Below are positions 1 to 13,588 of a stretch of 64,000 nucleotides of DNA, piece after piece (the first letter of the stretch is position 1; every line of letters starts with the position of its first letter). Under the pieces are notes generated by a model, which had not been told where the DNA came from, searched no databases, and saw only the letters and a program-made list of their open reading frames with translations. Where the stretch lies: contig CDMY01000445.1 of assembly GCA_001179505.1 (NCBI GenBank), positions 11,521 through 75,520 on the forward strand, given 5' to 3'. A program made the translations under genes and the position numbers. This DNA is from Vitrella brassicaformis CCMP3155. Lineage: Eukaryota; Protista; Chromerida.

Positions 1-41
1 GCAAGGAGAATGTGTGGCCTCTCACTCCTCCACTCACTCAG

Positions 42-2633
42 ATGTCGAGTCCGGTCGAGAGCTATCCCATATGGTTCGATGCCAGTGTGGTGCCGACCAG
101 GGATGGCCTCAAGGTGGAGGAGGAGCAGAAAGGCGCCCTTCTCCTCAGGACACCCATCTACCTTACAGAAAGGTAAGGTACTCACACACAGACACCGGCG
201 ACGGACAGCGTAAACCCATACATCACTCACATCTATCTGATCTGCATCCATTCATTCATCCGTCAATAATCAATCGATCAGGTGCATGGCCGGCCAGTCG
301 ATCAACGGCCCCGCGCTGCTGTGCGATGCCAACACGACCGTCCTGGTGGAGCCCAACTGCACGGCGACGTTCCTCGAGGACGGCTCCGTCGAGATCCTCC
401 TGCACGACGGCGACCAGCCCACACAGACAGATGACGCAGCAACCAACGGGGTGGGCGGAAGCGATGAGGAGGTCATCGGGCCTGCGGACCCCATCACACT
501 CAGTGTATTCGGACACAGGTACGCCATGGGCAGAGAGGGAGACCAGCCACACCTCACTGCTCTCTGATCGCGTTTGTTTGTCAGGTTCATGGGCATCGCG
601 GAGCAGATGGGTCACATCCTCTCCCGCACGGCCATATCGGTCAACATCAAGGAGCGCCTCGACTTCTCATGCGCCATCTTCGGACCAGACGGCTCCCTCG
701 TGGCCAACGCCCCCCACCTCCCTGTGCACCTAGGGGCCATGCAGGAGGCCGTGCGCTATCAGATAGAGCTGCTCGGCAACAGCTGGCGGGAGGGCGAGGT
801 CATCCTTTGCAACCACCCGGCGTATGGCGGGTCACACCTGCCCGACCTGACCGTCATCACGCCCGTGTTCCATGAGGGGACGAGGGCGGTGTTCTATGTG
901 GCATCGAGGGGCCACCATGCGGACGTGGGCGGCATCACACCCGGCTCCATGCCGCCATTCTCGAAAAGTGAACGAGGGGAGGGAGGGAGGGAGGGAGGGA
1001 GGGAGGACACACAGAGAAATGCTCACCTTGCAGGTGAGAGTCTGTGTGTTGTGGTGTGTTAAGGTATCGGTGAGGAGGGGGCGGCCATCCGGTCGTTCAA
1101 GCTGACGGAGGGGGGAATCTTCCAGCACGATGCTACCGTGGCCCTCTTCGGACACACCATCGACGCCTGGACGGATGAGCAGAGGAAGGCCTCCACCGCG
1201 CAGGCGTGTCAGCACGGTAACATCCCCGCCCAGCCCCCCACCCGTCGGCTGCAGGACAACCTGAGCGACCTGCACGCCCAGGTAGCGGCCAACCACCGGG
1301 GTGTGACCCTAATGGAGGAGCTCATCAAGGAGCACGGCCTGCGGAAGGTCCAGTGCTACATGAAGTACATCCAGGACGCCAGTGAGGAATCGGTCAAGGA
1401 GATGCTCGTGGCCATGTCTCACAAGAACGGCCTGCAGCTCATCGACACCCTCCGGGGCGTCGACTACATGGACGACGGCTCCGCCATACAGCTAGCCATC
1501 ACCATCGACCGCACCAAACGCACCGCAACTTTCGACTTTACCGTAAGCGGCAGACAGACACCTCTTCCAAACGAAACCAGCAAAGAGTCTGTCTGTCTGT
1601 CTGTGTGTGTGTGTTCAGGGCACTGGTCCAGAGGTGTACGGCAACCTCAACTGCCCCCGGCCCGTCACGGCGTCTGCCATCATCTACTGCCTGCGGTCGA
1701 TGCTGGACTCAGACATCCCTTTGAACCAAGGCTGCCTCAAACCGGTGCAGATCATCCTGCCGCCCCACTCCCTCGTCAACCCTTCTCATGACGCGGCCGT
1801 GGTGGCCGGCAATGTGCTGACGTCGCAGCGGATCACCGACATTGTTTTGAGGACTTTCCGGGTGGTGGCCAACTCGTATGGGTGCATGAACAACTTCACC
1901 TTTGGCAACAAGCTGCTGGCATTCTACGAGACCATCGGTGCGGTGCGCGTCTGTGTCTCTGCGAACAAACACAAACCATGCATGAGAAGGATGTCTGTGG
2001 CTGGGTGTGTGTGGATTAGGTGGTGGCAGTGGAGCGGGCCCGGCATGGCACGGCCGCAGCGGCGTCCAGTGCCACATGACCAACACACGAATCACTGACG
2101 TGGAGGTCGTCGAAAGAAGGTGCCTCTCACCACACCCACATGTGATTGATGTGATGTCATTTCCCTCCTCTCTCTCTGTCTGTATGCTGTATGCTGTATG
2201 CAGGTACCCGGTGCTGCTGCGTCAGTTCAGGCTGCGTGAGGGATCCCAGGGCGTTGGCAAGTATTGCGGCGGTCAGGGCATCATCCGGGAGTTCCAGTTC
2301 CTCCTCGACGGCATGGAGGTCAACTGCCTCATGGAAAGGAGAGCACGGCCGCCCCAGGGGCTAGACGGCGGCGGCGATGCGCTCCCCGGTCTGAATCTGT
2401 GGGTGCAGCGGTCCAAGCACGACCGCACCCTGAACCTGGGCGGCAAGAACTCCATCGTTGTGCAGGCGGGCGACCGCGTCATCATCGCCACACCAGGCGG
2501 GGGCGGGTACGGCGCCCCAGATGACACTCGTGACGTCTCTGGCAAGAAGGATGGGTCACCGGTGGCTGCCCACCCACCCACGCTTGGGACGGGGTCGGTC
2601 AATGCGTTCTGGAGGGCAGCTCATGAGAGCTAG
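42..2633 (+). CDS. OPLAH: 5-oxoprolinase (ATP-hydrolysing), C-terminal hydantoinase-B part; 5' end lies outside the window; multi-exon
   Basis: Spliced translation gives [141 protein letters not shown] and TPGGGGYG. Canonical GT-AG introns; stop TAG at 2631-2633. Confidence 0.95.
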
Positions 2634-3138
2634 ACCAGGGATGGATGGGGAGTGGATGTGTGATGCTCGTGGTTGTGCTGAGCATGCAACTTTCTCCTGC
2701 GGAGAGGGTTTGTTTGTTTGTTTGTTTGTGCACAGGAGGGAAGCCGATAAGGCTTGTCCGTCTTGCCGTACGTGTCGTGTCGTGTCGTGTCGATCTAAGT
2801 CTGTGAACGTGTCTGTAGCCATAAGCCCAAGATTGATTGACGTGGATTCATGTGATGTATACGAGGGAGGACCCTTTTTCCTCATTGATTCATGTGGTCA
2901 CCGATTCAGTGCATGTCGACAAACAAATGCAGTCCACTCTCCATCTGGCCACACACGCACACACGCACACATGCGTACAGGCGCAAATAGCATAAAGCAT
3001 GCAACACACATACAGATATAAAGCTGTCTCTCTCCGAAGCCATCAATCAAAACTGGTCGGTCCGAAAATTGCTGTGACCGCGTAAACGCATGCAGCGTCA
3101 CACACACGTGGAGGGAGAACGAGACAAAGCCTTCTGCA

Positions 3139-5156
3139 TCACTTAGCCGACAGCTTCTGCTGTATGGCCAGTAGGCTCTTCTGTCGGTTGTCCTTCTCTC
3201 GCTGGAGAGCCTTCTCTTTGGCCTCCTTGAGATTGGCACCGAACGGGGGCTTCAGGGTGCCCTCCTGCACACACACAGGCAGAGGCACACACGAAGGGAC
3301 ATACATGCGTAGTCGAAGCGGACTCTCTCTGTTGCTGTTGACCTCAGTGATGATGCCCGTGAGGAAACGGGCGGGCGTGACATCTGAACAGCATGCAACG
3401 TGGGATCATTGTGTGTGTCCTTCCCTGTCTTGCATCCCCGCCTGAGAGCCTCACCGAAAGCAGGGTTGAACACCTGTGTCCCATCAGGGGCGATCGACGC
3501 ACCGCCACTCACCTGCACGAAGCAACAACCCGACAGAAGCGGCCAAGGCCATGCATGTCACCGGTGTACCATGTTGTTCTGTCTGTCTATCAGGTTGGGA
3601 CACATACACGGAGTCACATACACGGAGTATTTCGTCGGAGCTCCTCTCCTCGATGACGATGTCTTGGCCTGTCGGTATGGTGAGGTCGATGGTGGAGGTC
3701 GGCACACACGCGTACACCGGGATGCCGTGTGCATGCGCCGCCATCGCCAGATTGAACGTCCCTGCGTACAGTACACCCACACGTCCACACACACCACCCC
3801 CATGTTCTTGCTTTGCTCCCTCAATGTAATGTGCTGCCAGGCTGCCATATATGTGTAGGTAGTTACCGATTTTGTTAGCGACGTCTCCATTGGCGGCCAC
3901 CCTGTCGGCACCGAAGACGACGGCATCGACCTTGCCCTGGTACATGAGGAGGCCGCTCGCACCATCCACGATCAGGTGGTGGGGGATCCTGCTCTCACGC
4001 AACTCCCAGCATGTCAACTTGGCCCCCTGCACACATTTACAAATAAGAGAGATATATATGCACTCCCTCAAAAGAGGCAGGCGTGTGATGTGACTGATGC
4101 GAGTGGAGTCCACCTGCAGCCGCGGCCTGGTCTCGTCCACATACACATGGAGGTTCTTGCCGGCCTGGCTGAGGCTGAAGATCACACCGAGGGCGGTGCC
4201 GTGGCCTGCCGTCGCCAGAGCGCCCGTGTTGCAGTGGTGGATCAGATTCAGCCGCTCAGCAGGCCCGTTGGTGGCGGTCGCGCCCTCTGTCTTGGCCGCC
4301 TTGGACGCCCGCATGGGTGCGACATCCTGGTCGATGGTGGCGACGCCGTGAGAGCCGAGCCTCTTGTTGTTCTCGACGTCCTCGTTGAAGATGCGCTGCG
4401 CCTCATCCACAATGCACTCGCTGATCAGTGCCGCACTTGCATCCTCACGACTGAGCAGCGGAAGGGCATACACACATATACTAGGTGGCATGCGTCGGCG
4501 TGCCTGTCTGTCTGTATCCTTACATGTTGAGGATGGTGTCGACGACCTCGACGATACGGGCGGTGGCGTACATCAGATTGACCGCCGTGGGGCGAGCCTC
4601 GTCCATCGCTGACACATACACACACACCAAGCGAAGCCATCCGTCCCTTGCCGTGCCGTGTCTGCATGCTACCTCTCACCCTTCTTGGTGTCTTGCAGTT
4701 TGTCTTTGAGTGTACTGCCGCTGACTGATGGCTCCTCCTTGGCAATCAAAAGACACTCGAGAGCCATTCCTGACGGCAACAGCCACGGCAGGTCGGTGAC
4801 AATGCACTGCCATCAGTGTCTGTGTGCCTACCGTATGCGGCAGCGCAACCGATGGCAGGCGCGCCGCGGACCTTCATCGAACGAATCGACTCGGCCACCT
4901 GCAGCACACCACGCAGAGGTGGATGCACACACATGGATGAACAATCAATCTCACCTCCTTTGCATTGTGGAGATCCACGTAGGAGACCGATGCCGGCAGA
5001 TCACTCTGGTCCAGCAGCTGCAGACGCGCACTGTCGCCCTGCCCCACACACGCAACACACGGTGTGAGATCTGCGTCAGTTGATCTGCCATCGTCTATGA
5101 CTCACCTTTTGGATCCATTTCATCGTGAACACCTCATCCTCTCCTTTGCCGTTCAT
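3139..5156 (-). CDS. MRI1: Methylthioribose-1-phosphate isomerase (methionine salvage), multi-exon
   Basis: Motifs [98 protein letters not shown] at 5156; stop TGA at 3139-3141. Confidence 0.93.
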
Positions 5157-5194
5157 CGTTGGGGATGGAGAAGGGAGGATGCCGCGGGTTTGCT

Positions 5195-5204
5195 TGAGCT
5201 CGCA
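5195..5204. promoter_or_regulatory. Candidate bidirectional promoter element TGAGCTCGCA (reverse complement TGCGAGCTCA) between MRI1 and the TruA-like gene
   Basis: Sits about 39 nt from the MRI1 ATG and about 38 nt from the TruA-like ATG. The same decamer recurs in four other divergent intergenic gaps. Confidence 0.5.
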
Positions 5205-5241
5205 GCTAAGCTTGCAGATCTCCTGACGGATGCATTGAACA

Positions 5242-5851
5242 ATGAATGAGCCTGATCTACTCGGATCATCAGATCCATCCACACCGGAAGAATGTGGCGA
5301 TCTGGCCCATGCGCAGCTTCGGTATTGTCGATTGTGCGTGACGGCCACCTTTCTCCTCACCGTCTGCTGCATTCCGCACCGCCTGGAGGCCTTTCGAGCA
5401 GCGCCCCACCCCAATGATCCTTCTTCCTCTCTGCAGCCCTTCAGAAGACACGCTGCTCCATTTCAAAGGCATCGCCATCATTGTGACCTGTCAGCGGCGC
5501 CTGTCGACGTCGATGTGGTTGAGGAGAAAGCACCACCACCTGGGGAGGTGCCGTCTTACTACTATGTGTCTACTGATGCGGCTGATCTGACTGATGTGGA
5601 GTGGTGCGAGAGGCGGCGGCGGTCTGCAATGGACGAGGGGCGGGTGGAGTTCAGCTCGCCGGCCGAGCACATTGCCTTCGGCCGGATGGTGGGGTACCTG
5701 GTGTGGGTGACCTATGACGGCCGGCAGTTTGAGAGCTTCGACGACTCGCCGACCGACAGCGCCATCAAGGCCTACCTCGTCAACATACTTGACGATGAAC
5801 TGAGGCTCAGACCGAAATCCGGTGGGCGGCCGATCATAAGCAGCACACACA

Positions 5852-5892
<41 letters not shown>

Positions 5893-7208
5893 GCCATCAT
5901 TCTTCTCTTGTTGTCTGTGACAACTCATTGATTTGCAGCTTTGCAGCACTGTGTGCGGACAGATGCCGGCATGAGCGCGTTGGAGAACGTCTTTCTGTTT
6001 GACTCCAACTGCCGGCCGGATATCGAGTCGATCGTCAGGCGGTTCAACCTCAAGGGCTCAGGCGTCAAAATCACCAAAATGATCAAGGTGGGCGGGGAGG
6101 GAGGACACACTCGTGAGGACCATTGCGATGCCTTGGTGTGTATGGGTGTGCGTCTGACCTGCAGGTGTTGGATCATTTGTATTTGCATGAGCTGCTGGAC
6201 TCATGTGAGTTCTTCGTCCGCATTCCTTTCGAGGACCCGCAGCTCGTCACCAAGAACAAGTACATACACAATACACGCACACGCGTCCACACGGCCGACT
6301 CCACCTCTTTCCTCTCTCACTTTTCTGGCCAGAAACGAGATCAGCAACGCCTGCGCTAAGTTCACAGGCACCATTGATTTCGCCGACTACACGAGCGCCA
6401 AGGCCAGCAGCACCACACGCACGGTGGCAGTGCAGTACGACGAGGCGACGGGCGGCCTGCGGTTCATCTGTGAGGGTCAGGACTTCCTGCCCGACCAGGT
6501 GGCCATGATGGCTGCCGAGATCCTCAGCGGCAGCAAGGACACGCCATTGCCCCCACAACTCATCACACTGAGGTGAGGCCGGCTGCCTGGCTGGGGCAGG
6601 GACGGCACATGGATGCAGTGTGTGATCTATGGTGTGTCTGTGGTTGGTTCAGGTCAGTGTCGTTGAATTCCAATCGTCTGCAGAATGTGGCCTATCGGGA
6701 CGTCAAGGAACCGTTGCCAGGTGAGGGAGGCAAAAGGAGCCCTCACCGAAGGACACAGAAGACGCCACGCCTCCCTTGTATGTTCGTGATTGCAGCTGAA
6801 CTGTCTGAGGCCAAGCAGGAGAGGTGCGGCGATGTCCTGGTCCTCTCACTCAACGACGCCCAGTACGACAGAATGAAAGGTATACACACAAACGACACCT
6901 GCCTGCCCCCAACACACACGCAGATGTGTGCCTCTACGTCTTCGCAAACAGAGAACGAGGGAGCCCTTGAGGTGCAGGTGCGCACCAGCATCGGCAAGGT
7001 GGCCTACCTGAGGGGGTGGAAGGAGACACGGCCCGACGGCAAGGCGCTGGCCAAGGTGTTGAGGCGAGAGGACCGCAAGCGGAAGGGTCTGCCTGACGAG
7101 GAGGCCGAGGCCGCCATGGAGGACCCCCAGTACAAGAGCAGTGCAGAAAAGAGGAAGGAAGCTGAGGCACTGCTCGACAGACTCAGGCAGATCAGGGGCA
7201 GCTCGTGA
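5242..7208 (+). CDS. Divergent TruA/Pus-family pseudouridine synthase-like protein with N-terminal leader, possibly plastid-targeted; multi-exon
   Basis: VWVTYDGRQF (TruA motif I), VRTDAGMSALENVFLF (motif II, compare GRTDAGVHA), FTGTIDFADY (compare GENDFTSF) and FICEGQDFL. N-terminal hydrophobic stretch LCVTATFLLTVCC followed by LEA-F. Stop at 7206-7208. Confidence 0.75.
5844..5889. repeat. (CA)n microsatellite in an intron, representative of dozens of intronic simple repeats in the window
   Basis: Read directly: cacacacacacacatacacacacaca..., about 23 units with one interruption. Confidence 0.95.
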
Positions 7209-10200
7209 CTGACATACAGAAATGTATGTACCATGGTGTGTGGTTGCCGCTGCGACTGCTTGAATGGTGTTGACGCAGCGGCTATTAAGCGTCATGTTGA
7301 ATGGCGACGGAAAACACGCAGGTGTTCGTTGGAAGCATATGACGTGTTACTGCCCGCCACAACCGTCAGTCGACGCCTGTGGACGATTGGCAGCTCAAGA
7401 TCCATTCAGGCAGCAGCTTGGGGGAAGCGGCCCTGTACACGTGAGTAAATTTGGGAGGCGACGAACACTAGAGAGGCGTTTCCCGCAGCATGCACGCGAC
7501 GATGAGTTCATCCCACACCAGAGTCAGTACGCGGTCGGCAAAAATACAGACAGACAGACAGACAGCCACGTTAAGGTGTTCTCAGTTGTCGTGTCTAAGT
7601 GCACCTGGAGATCTTTGCAGGTCAAGCAATCAAGGCAGGCAGGCAGGCCAACGACAGCAACCAGACTAGGAAGGGCCTATGGCTGCAAGAACGCATGCAC
7701 CACGTCTGCGGGCACTGGCTGATCTCTGGCTATGCTATGCAGACGCGAGCGTGTCCATGGGTGTTCGTGGGTGCGAGCAGATGTCGGTCGCTCGGTCAAA
7801 ACCCGACTGGCTGCTCACACGTTCAGTCAGTCACTTGCATGCAGGATCGGCCTATGCGGATGCACTCGGCCTACCACCAGCATATCCATCGACTATCACA
7901 CATCACCCTCCAACTCCCACCCTCTCTCTGTTCTGTGTCTCTCTTTCTCTCTTTGACACGCGTGCACGTGTATATAAACAAAAACGGACAGATAGGTACG
8001 TACGGACATACATGCAAGCAAACATGTATGCACCCACCCACCCACCCGGTACCAACTCACGCACACAGATACGCACCAAGACATACATCCCGACGCGACA
8101 CGACCGACACGACAGACAGTTCCGCGCACACGAGCGAACGAGCAGCGCCTTCATTCACACACGCGGTATACGTTGGCACGCATCAAGAAGAAAAAAGGAA
8201 TTGGTGCGTGCGTCATCAGCTGTGTGTGAAAGATACGGCATCACTCGATCGTCGGAAAAGGCATGGCACACCACAAGCAGGCACGCAGGCAGGCAGGGAG
8301 ACAGACAGACAGATAGGGAGCCAGCCAGCCATGCCGGGCGCAAAACTCCTTTCCTTCAATTATACGATTGTGTGCATAGTTACGGTGGGCTGGCTGGCAC
8401 GCTACCAGCGACAAATACCCTTCCCCTCGCTCATTCATTCAGACAGACAGCCGACCGAGCAAGCAGAAGGGCGAATTGCGATCGGTCGTTGTGCACGTAT
8501 GTACGTAAGCATCTGTGAATGTGTTGTCAAGATATACATCCGTACGCATTGGTGGGCAAAGACACTGACGGACATAAGATGGGATGTTGCGTTTGTACGT
8601 CGTGTGCGTATGTACGGCACATAAACAAGCCCTGGCCATGCATATGCATGCCTGTATGCATATTCACGCAGATGGATAGATATACAGAGGGGAACTAGGT
8701 GCGGGTGCGACTGGACTCCCTCTCCCCTCCATCCCTCGCCCCTACCTGAAAAAGAGAGGCGTGAATGAGTGGTGGGTAGCTGGTGCGATCGACAGTCCCT
8801 ACCTGATTGATGTATGACACGAATGCACCTTCATGCACTTACATCGACTCACTCACTCAGTCACTGGCACTCACTCCTGCCTACATACGCGTGTACGTAT
8901 GTACGTATGTTTGTACGTATGTACGCATGTATCTGTACAAACACATATATATATATATAGCATAGCGTATACATAGCCAGTAGGACCAATTGGGGGCACG
9001 GGAGTTGTGAGAAGTGAGAGGTGTGTGTGTGGAGGGGGGACGGGACGGGACGACGAGCGAAAGTGAGACAAAAATGATTGAGCGGCTTGGACGGGGGAGC
9101 CAGGCTCGCCCGTAATTGGCATCCATCCATCCACACGCACATCATCCATCGACTAAAATCACAGCACACCACACGTCACATCATATGATGGCACCAACTA
9201 CGGACACGGCACGACACGACAGGGACACGCAGGTAGGCATGCAAAGAAAGAAAGAAATAGTAGGCATCTTCGTTGGTTCGTTCGTTCGTGTTGGTGCAAT
9301 CACTCAATCACGTATTTCACACATTCGCACATTCATTCACTCATTCATTCACTAGGGGCACATTTTAGGCCAGCAGAGCTGCCAGGCTTGCACTCACGCA
9401 GCCATGCAGGCAGGCAGGCATCACACACGCACACAGAAGAATGAACACATTCACTACAGCCACACATACACGACACGAGACATGAATTCACACGAATCAA
9501 CAACATCCATTCGTCGATGGGGAGGTTAGTGGGAGCCCCTCTCTGTGTGCTTCTGCCTTGAAAATAGGCACGATTAGAGTAGGTAGGTACCCAACCGGCC
9601 GGCCACGCACTCACTCACACCCTCACAAACACACGCACGAATGCACGCACTCTATCAAACAACAAGGAGAGGGACAAAACACTTGATACAGATAGACAGA
9701 CAGGCGGCAGGCAGTCAGACGCACAGCACGGCAAAGTCAAGCCGGGCCAGCCAACACTCATCTGTCTGTCTGTCGCCTCTGTCTTTCCTTCAGTGCACGC
9801 ACTACTGCATGCACCAAAAAATACCTCAATTCGTCGCACACACGTACGTGAGTACGCGTGCACGGTTTCTTCTTCGCTGTGCCCTCATCCATCCATCCAT
9901 CCATCCATCATCTTCAAAAAGGAGTCACCCCTTTCTCTGTCTACGCATCTCGGCAACCGTCAGTCACCATCCATCCCATCAGGCACCACCACATCAGCCA
10001 GCGGATGCACTGACGGGAACGCATGTGTGGAACATGCATTACAAGAAGCCGTTCACATCCGTCAATCGATCTATCGATCGTATGTATTGTATGTTTCTAT
10101 GTGTATTAGATAGTTGTATCATTATATATATATACGCGCCCCAACCCTTCACCCGCACTCTCCCACCCAGCCCCACCGCCCCCCCCTTTCCTCCCCAATC

Positions 10201-10475
10201 AATGGTACACCAACACGAATACTGATCCATCCATCGGTTGATCGAGCGGTACATACAGCCTTACACAGCTGGTGAGCACTCAATTGACATCAATATAGCG
10301 ATGATGAGAGAGATACGATACACACACTACAGACACACGCCACACGCTCTCACGCACACATTGACTAGGGACACCTAAACATTTACATACGCATTCACAC
10401 ACTCACCCATGGTGCACACGATTACATAATACCCCACGCTACGCCACGCCCGCCACGCCCCCCTGTCCGTGTCTC

Positions 10476-13102
10476 TCAGTCCTTGTATCCCGCCCGTGTG
10501 CTCTCCTCCATGGCCTTCATCAGCTCTGCATCGTGCACACACAAGACACAGCCAAAGGGTTCAAAGGACAATCCATACGTGTTGATACACACATCGTGTG
10601 CATTGAGTGCTGACCTTCCACGGGCACCGTCTGCATTTGCTGGAAGGTCCCCGTGGCGGGCGAGCGCGCCCCGCTCTCAGTCGGCGACGGGCCGCTCACA
10701 CCCACGGGCACCGATATCGTCCGCTGCACCGGCCGGCCCACCCTCTCCACCCTTACTCCCTCTCCCTCCTCCTGCCCCACATCGGCCTGCGTCTCCGCCT
10801 CCCGCATGAACACACGGCCAGGCGCTGCCGGACACGACACAGACGAGAAGCGGGGCGGGTAGCGCGCCACCAAGGGGAGCGAAGAAGACGACGGGAGACC
10901 CGCGAGCTCCCCCGCAATGGTGTGCGTCTGCGCGAGGGTGTGCGGCGCACCCGCCATGAGGAACGAGGGCGGCCCCTCGTCGCCCTGTGGCTGGTGGGTG
11001 AGGGGCGTAGTGGCTGCGCGTGACGCGTGTCTACCGTAGAGAGGCACCGGGCTGCTGAAGGTGGGGTGTGGCACGTCGGGTGGGAAGGGGGGTGGGGGTG
11101 CGGGGGGCAGATGCCGCCTCCTCACATGGCGCTCGCTGAGGCTGCTGGCGCTGTTGGATGGCGACGACATCGACACAGACGCCTCGCCCCCCATGGCAGT
11201 GACGGTCGTTGACCAGGCCGCGTTACTCGGATGAGCAATCGAGAGGAAAGATGCAGACGGCACCGAGCTCGCAGACGAGAGGGGGGGCGGGGAGGGAGGA
11301 AAACCGCCGTAGGCAGCTTCTCCATAGCCGCCGGGTGACTTGGGCGGCAGGATGGAGATGGGAGGGATGGGCGACAAAACCTCCCCTGAGTCGGCGAATG
11401 CCCTCGGCACGGGACTCTCCTGCGGCATCGGGACGAGTGGGGCGGGGCGGGGCGCCCGCGGCATCGCTGGCTCGGCCTCTCGGATTGAAAAAGGCCGTCC
11501 TGATGGGGGACTCCTGGCCGGCGGTGGCGGCGGGAACAAGGGCGACGGAATATCGGGCTCGTATACCTCCAGGGTGTCGGCCTGCACGGCTGCATCAGTA
11601 GTGTTGCCGACGCCAATCCGCCCCCTGCCCCTCCTGTGTGGCCGCAGGATGCTGATGGCGCCGATCTCCTCGGAACTCCGTCTCACCTTGGCCACGGGGC
11701 CAGGGCCGCCCTTTGCCTTGCCCCGCCCCATCGACGACATGGGGGACGAGAAGCTCACAGAGGGCTCGCCATAGCCCCCGAGCTCTCCGTATCCCCCCAC
11801 ACTCATGCTCATGCTCATCCCCATTCCACCGCCAGCATACCCCTGCGGAGACGAGGGCGGCGGCGCCAATCCCACCGGCACCGATGTTGACAGGATGGGG
11901 AACGGAGGCCCCCCCATGGCACGGGGCATCGTTCGAGACCCGAGTGGCGTGTCCTGCAGCAGCATGGGAGTGCCGGTGCCTCCAGTGCCTCCGCCAGGGG
12001 TCGAGCCGAGATCGCCTTCGGGTGGCTGCAGTACGCGGCTGTGGTAAGGCCGCAGCGAGAGCATGGGTGGGGGGCGGACGACAGACGATCGGTCAGCGGG
12101 CGATGCCGACCTCGGGTATGAGGGGTAGCCGCCAGCCTCATACATGGGCTGCAAAGTCGGCATGGTCGGCGCCGGCTGCTGCGAGTAGGATGTGCTAGGC
12201 GGGTATGAGGAGGGGTAGTGTGCTGGGAAGGCTGGGTAGGAGGGGGGCGAGTCGGGTGGGGCGGGGGCGTCGCCTGGGTGGGTCTGGGGCGGCGGGGCGG
12301 CTGCACGCTCCGCCATGTGATACCTGAAGAGACGACAAAGGAGAACAGAAAGCCACACTTGAATATTCAAGGCGCTGTCATTGGCTTGGCTTGGCCCGCC
12401 TTGCCTTTCTCCCTACCCTCTCGGTCGTAGCTCTGCGACCCCATGCGCATGGCGACACGACGCGCCAGCGCGACACTCGCCACGCAACCAGTGCTGAATG
12501 ACACAGAAGACGCACACAGACAGCCAAGTGTCCATATATCGGCTTACGTGTCGGTCCTGCCCTGCTCTAGCCAGCCCAGCCCTTTCCAGCCCACCTGGCA
12601 GATGGCCGTTTTGAAGTAGTCGTCTGTGGTCCTGAGTTCGGCGACGCCGTGTGCATACTTGCATGCCTTGGGGTCGTGCATGTATGGGCACTGGCCCCGC
12701 TCCCACTCCTCACACACACGCGTCTTGGTCAGGTCGGGCAGCGGACGCAACTCCTCCACCGTGTGAGCTGACAGACAGACAGACCGATGCGATTCATACA
12801 CACACAGACATACACATGTGTTAAGGCGTGCGTGTGTGTGTGTGTGTGTGTGTGTGTTCGTGTGAGTCGCACCGAAGGGGCACCGCTGGCCTCGCGGACA
12901 CGGCTGTCCGTCGCCAGTGAACTGACACATGCGGGTCTTCCACCCTGCAGAAACACACACGACACAGAAACGGATATGAGCACGATTCGATTACTTCCCG
13001 TCTGTCTGTCTCTGTGCGGTGTGCGTCCCTCTCCCTCCCACTGCTTTGCTTACACTGGTCGCGCATCTTCCATTTCCTGCCGCCGGGTTGTCCATTTGGC
13101 AT
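10476..13102 (-). CDS. Tandem CCCH zinc-finger RNA-binding protein (three fingers) with a very long Pro/Ser-rich C-terminus
   Basis: Spliced fingers: WKTRMCQFTGDGQPCPRGQRCPFAH, TKTRVCEEWERGQCPYMHDPKACKYAH and FKTAICQHWLRGECRAGASCRHAH, each with a KT lead-in and an xxELR tail. They are followed by a 1.7-kb Pro-rich exon (12324-10613) and a last exon ELMKAMEESTRAGYKD*. The start could be ATG 13102 or 13159. Confidence 0.8.
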
Positions 13103-13460
13103 GATCACACAGAAGCGACCTGTCGGCGTCCCCCCGTCAAGCGACGCCCCACTGACCATCACAACGTCATCCTCGCGACAACAGGCAGGCAAACCACTCC
13201 ACTCGTCAGGGTCTCAAAATGCTGTCCTCGTTTGGTCCAGCGGTAAACGAGAAAGATCAAGTCAAGCAGACTGAGTCAAGTTCTCCGCCTCAGCGACTCG
13301 GTCCCGCGGGATCGCGCTCTCCATCTCTCCGGTTGATCTTTTAAGAGCGGCGAGTCACGACTGCTGCGCAAAGAGAAGCAGCAGGTACAGGGCACTGCTG
13401 TCATGGCTGGGGGAGGGGGAAGGACTCACGAAAGAAATCTGATCTCGCGTCGTCCTCGGC

Positions 13461-13470
13461 TAAGCTCGCA
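13461..13470. promoter_or_regulatory. Candidate promoter element TAAGCTCGCA (reverse complement TGCGAGCTTA) between the CCCH and acylphosphatase-like genes
   Basis: Decamer read directly in the divergent intergenic gap. Confidence 0.45.
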
Positions 13471-13588
13471 GATGGGAAAACAACCCTACCTGCGGAAAAG
13501 AAGAAGAGAGGCGGCCTGGCGCGGCGCCATGAGGCAAGCTAATCCATAAAGGGGAGTGAAAACATAGCCAGCAGAGAGCCGAGTGAGG

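Noticed and set aside
7599-8624. Long ORFs of 341 aa and 279 aa (7599-8624, 7679-8518)
   Set aside because: The translations are dominated by microsatellite-derived His/Thr/Arg/Gln runs, with no domain motif, no GC3 bias and no consistent splice chain.
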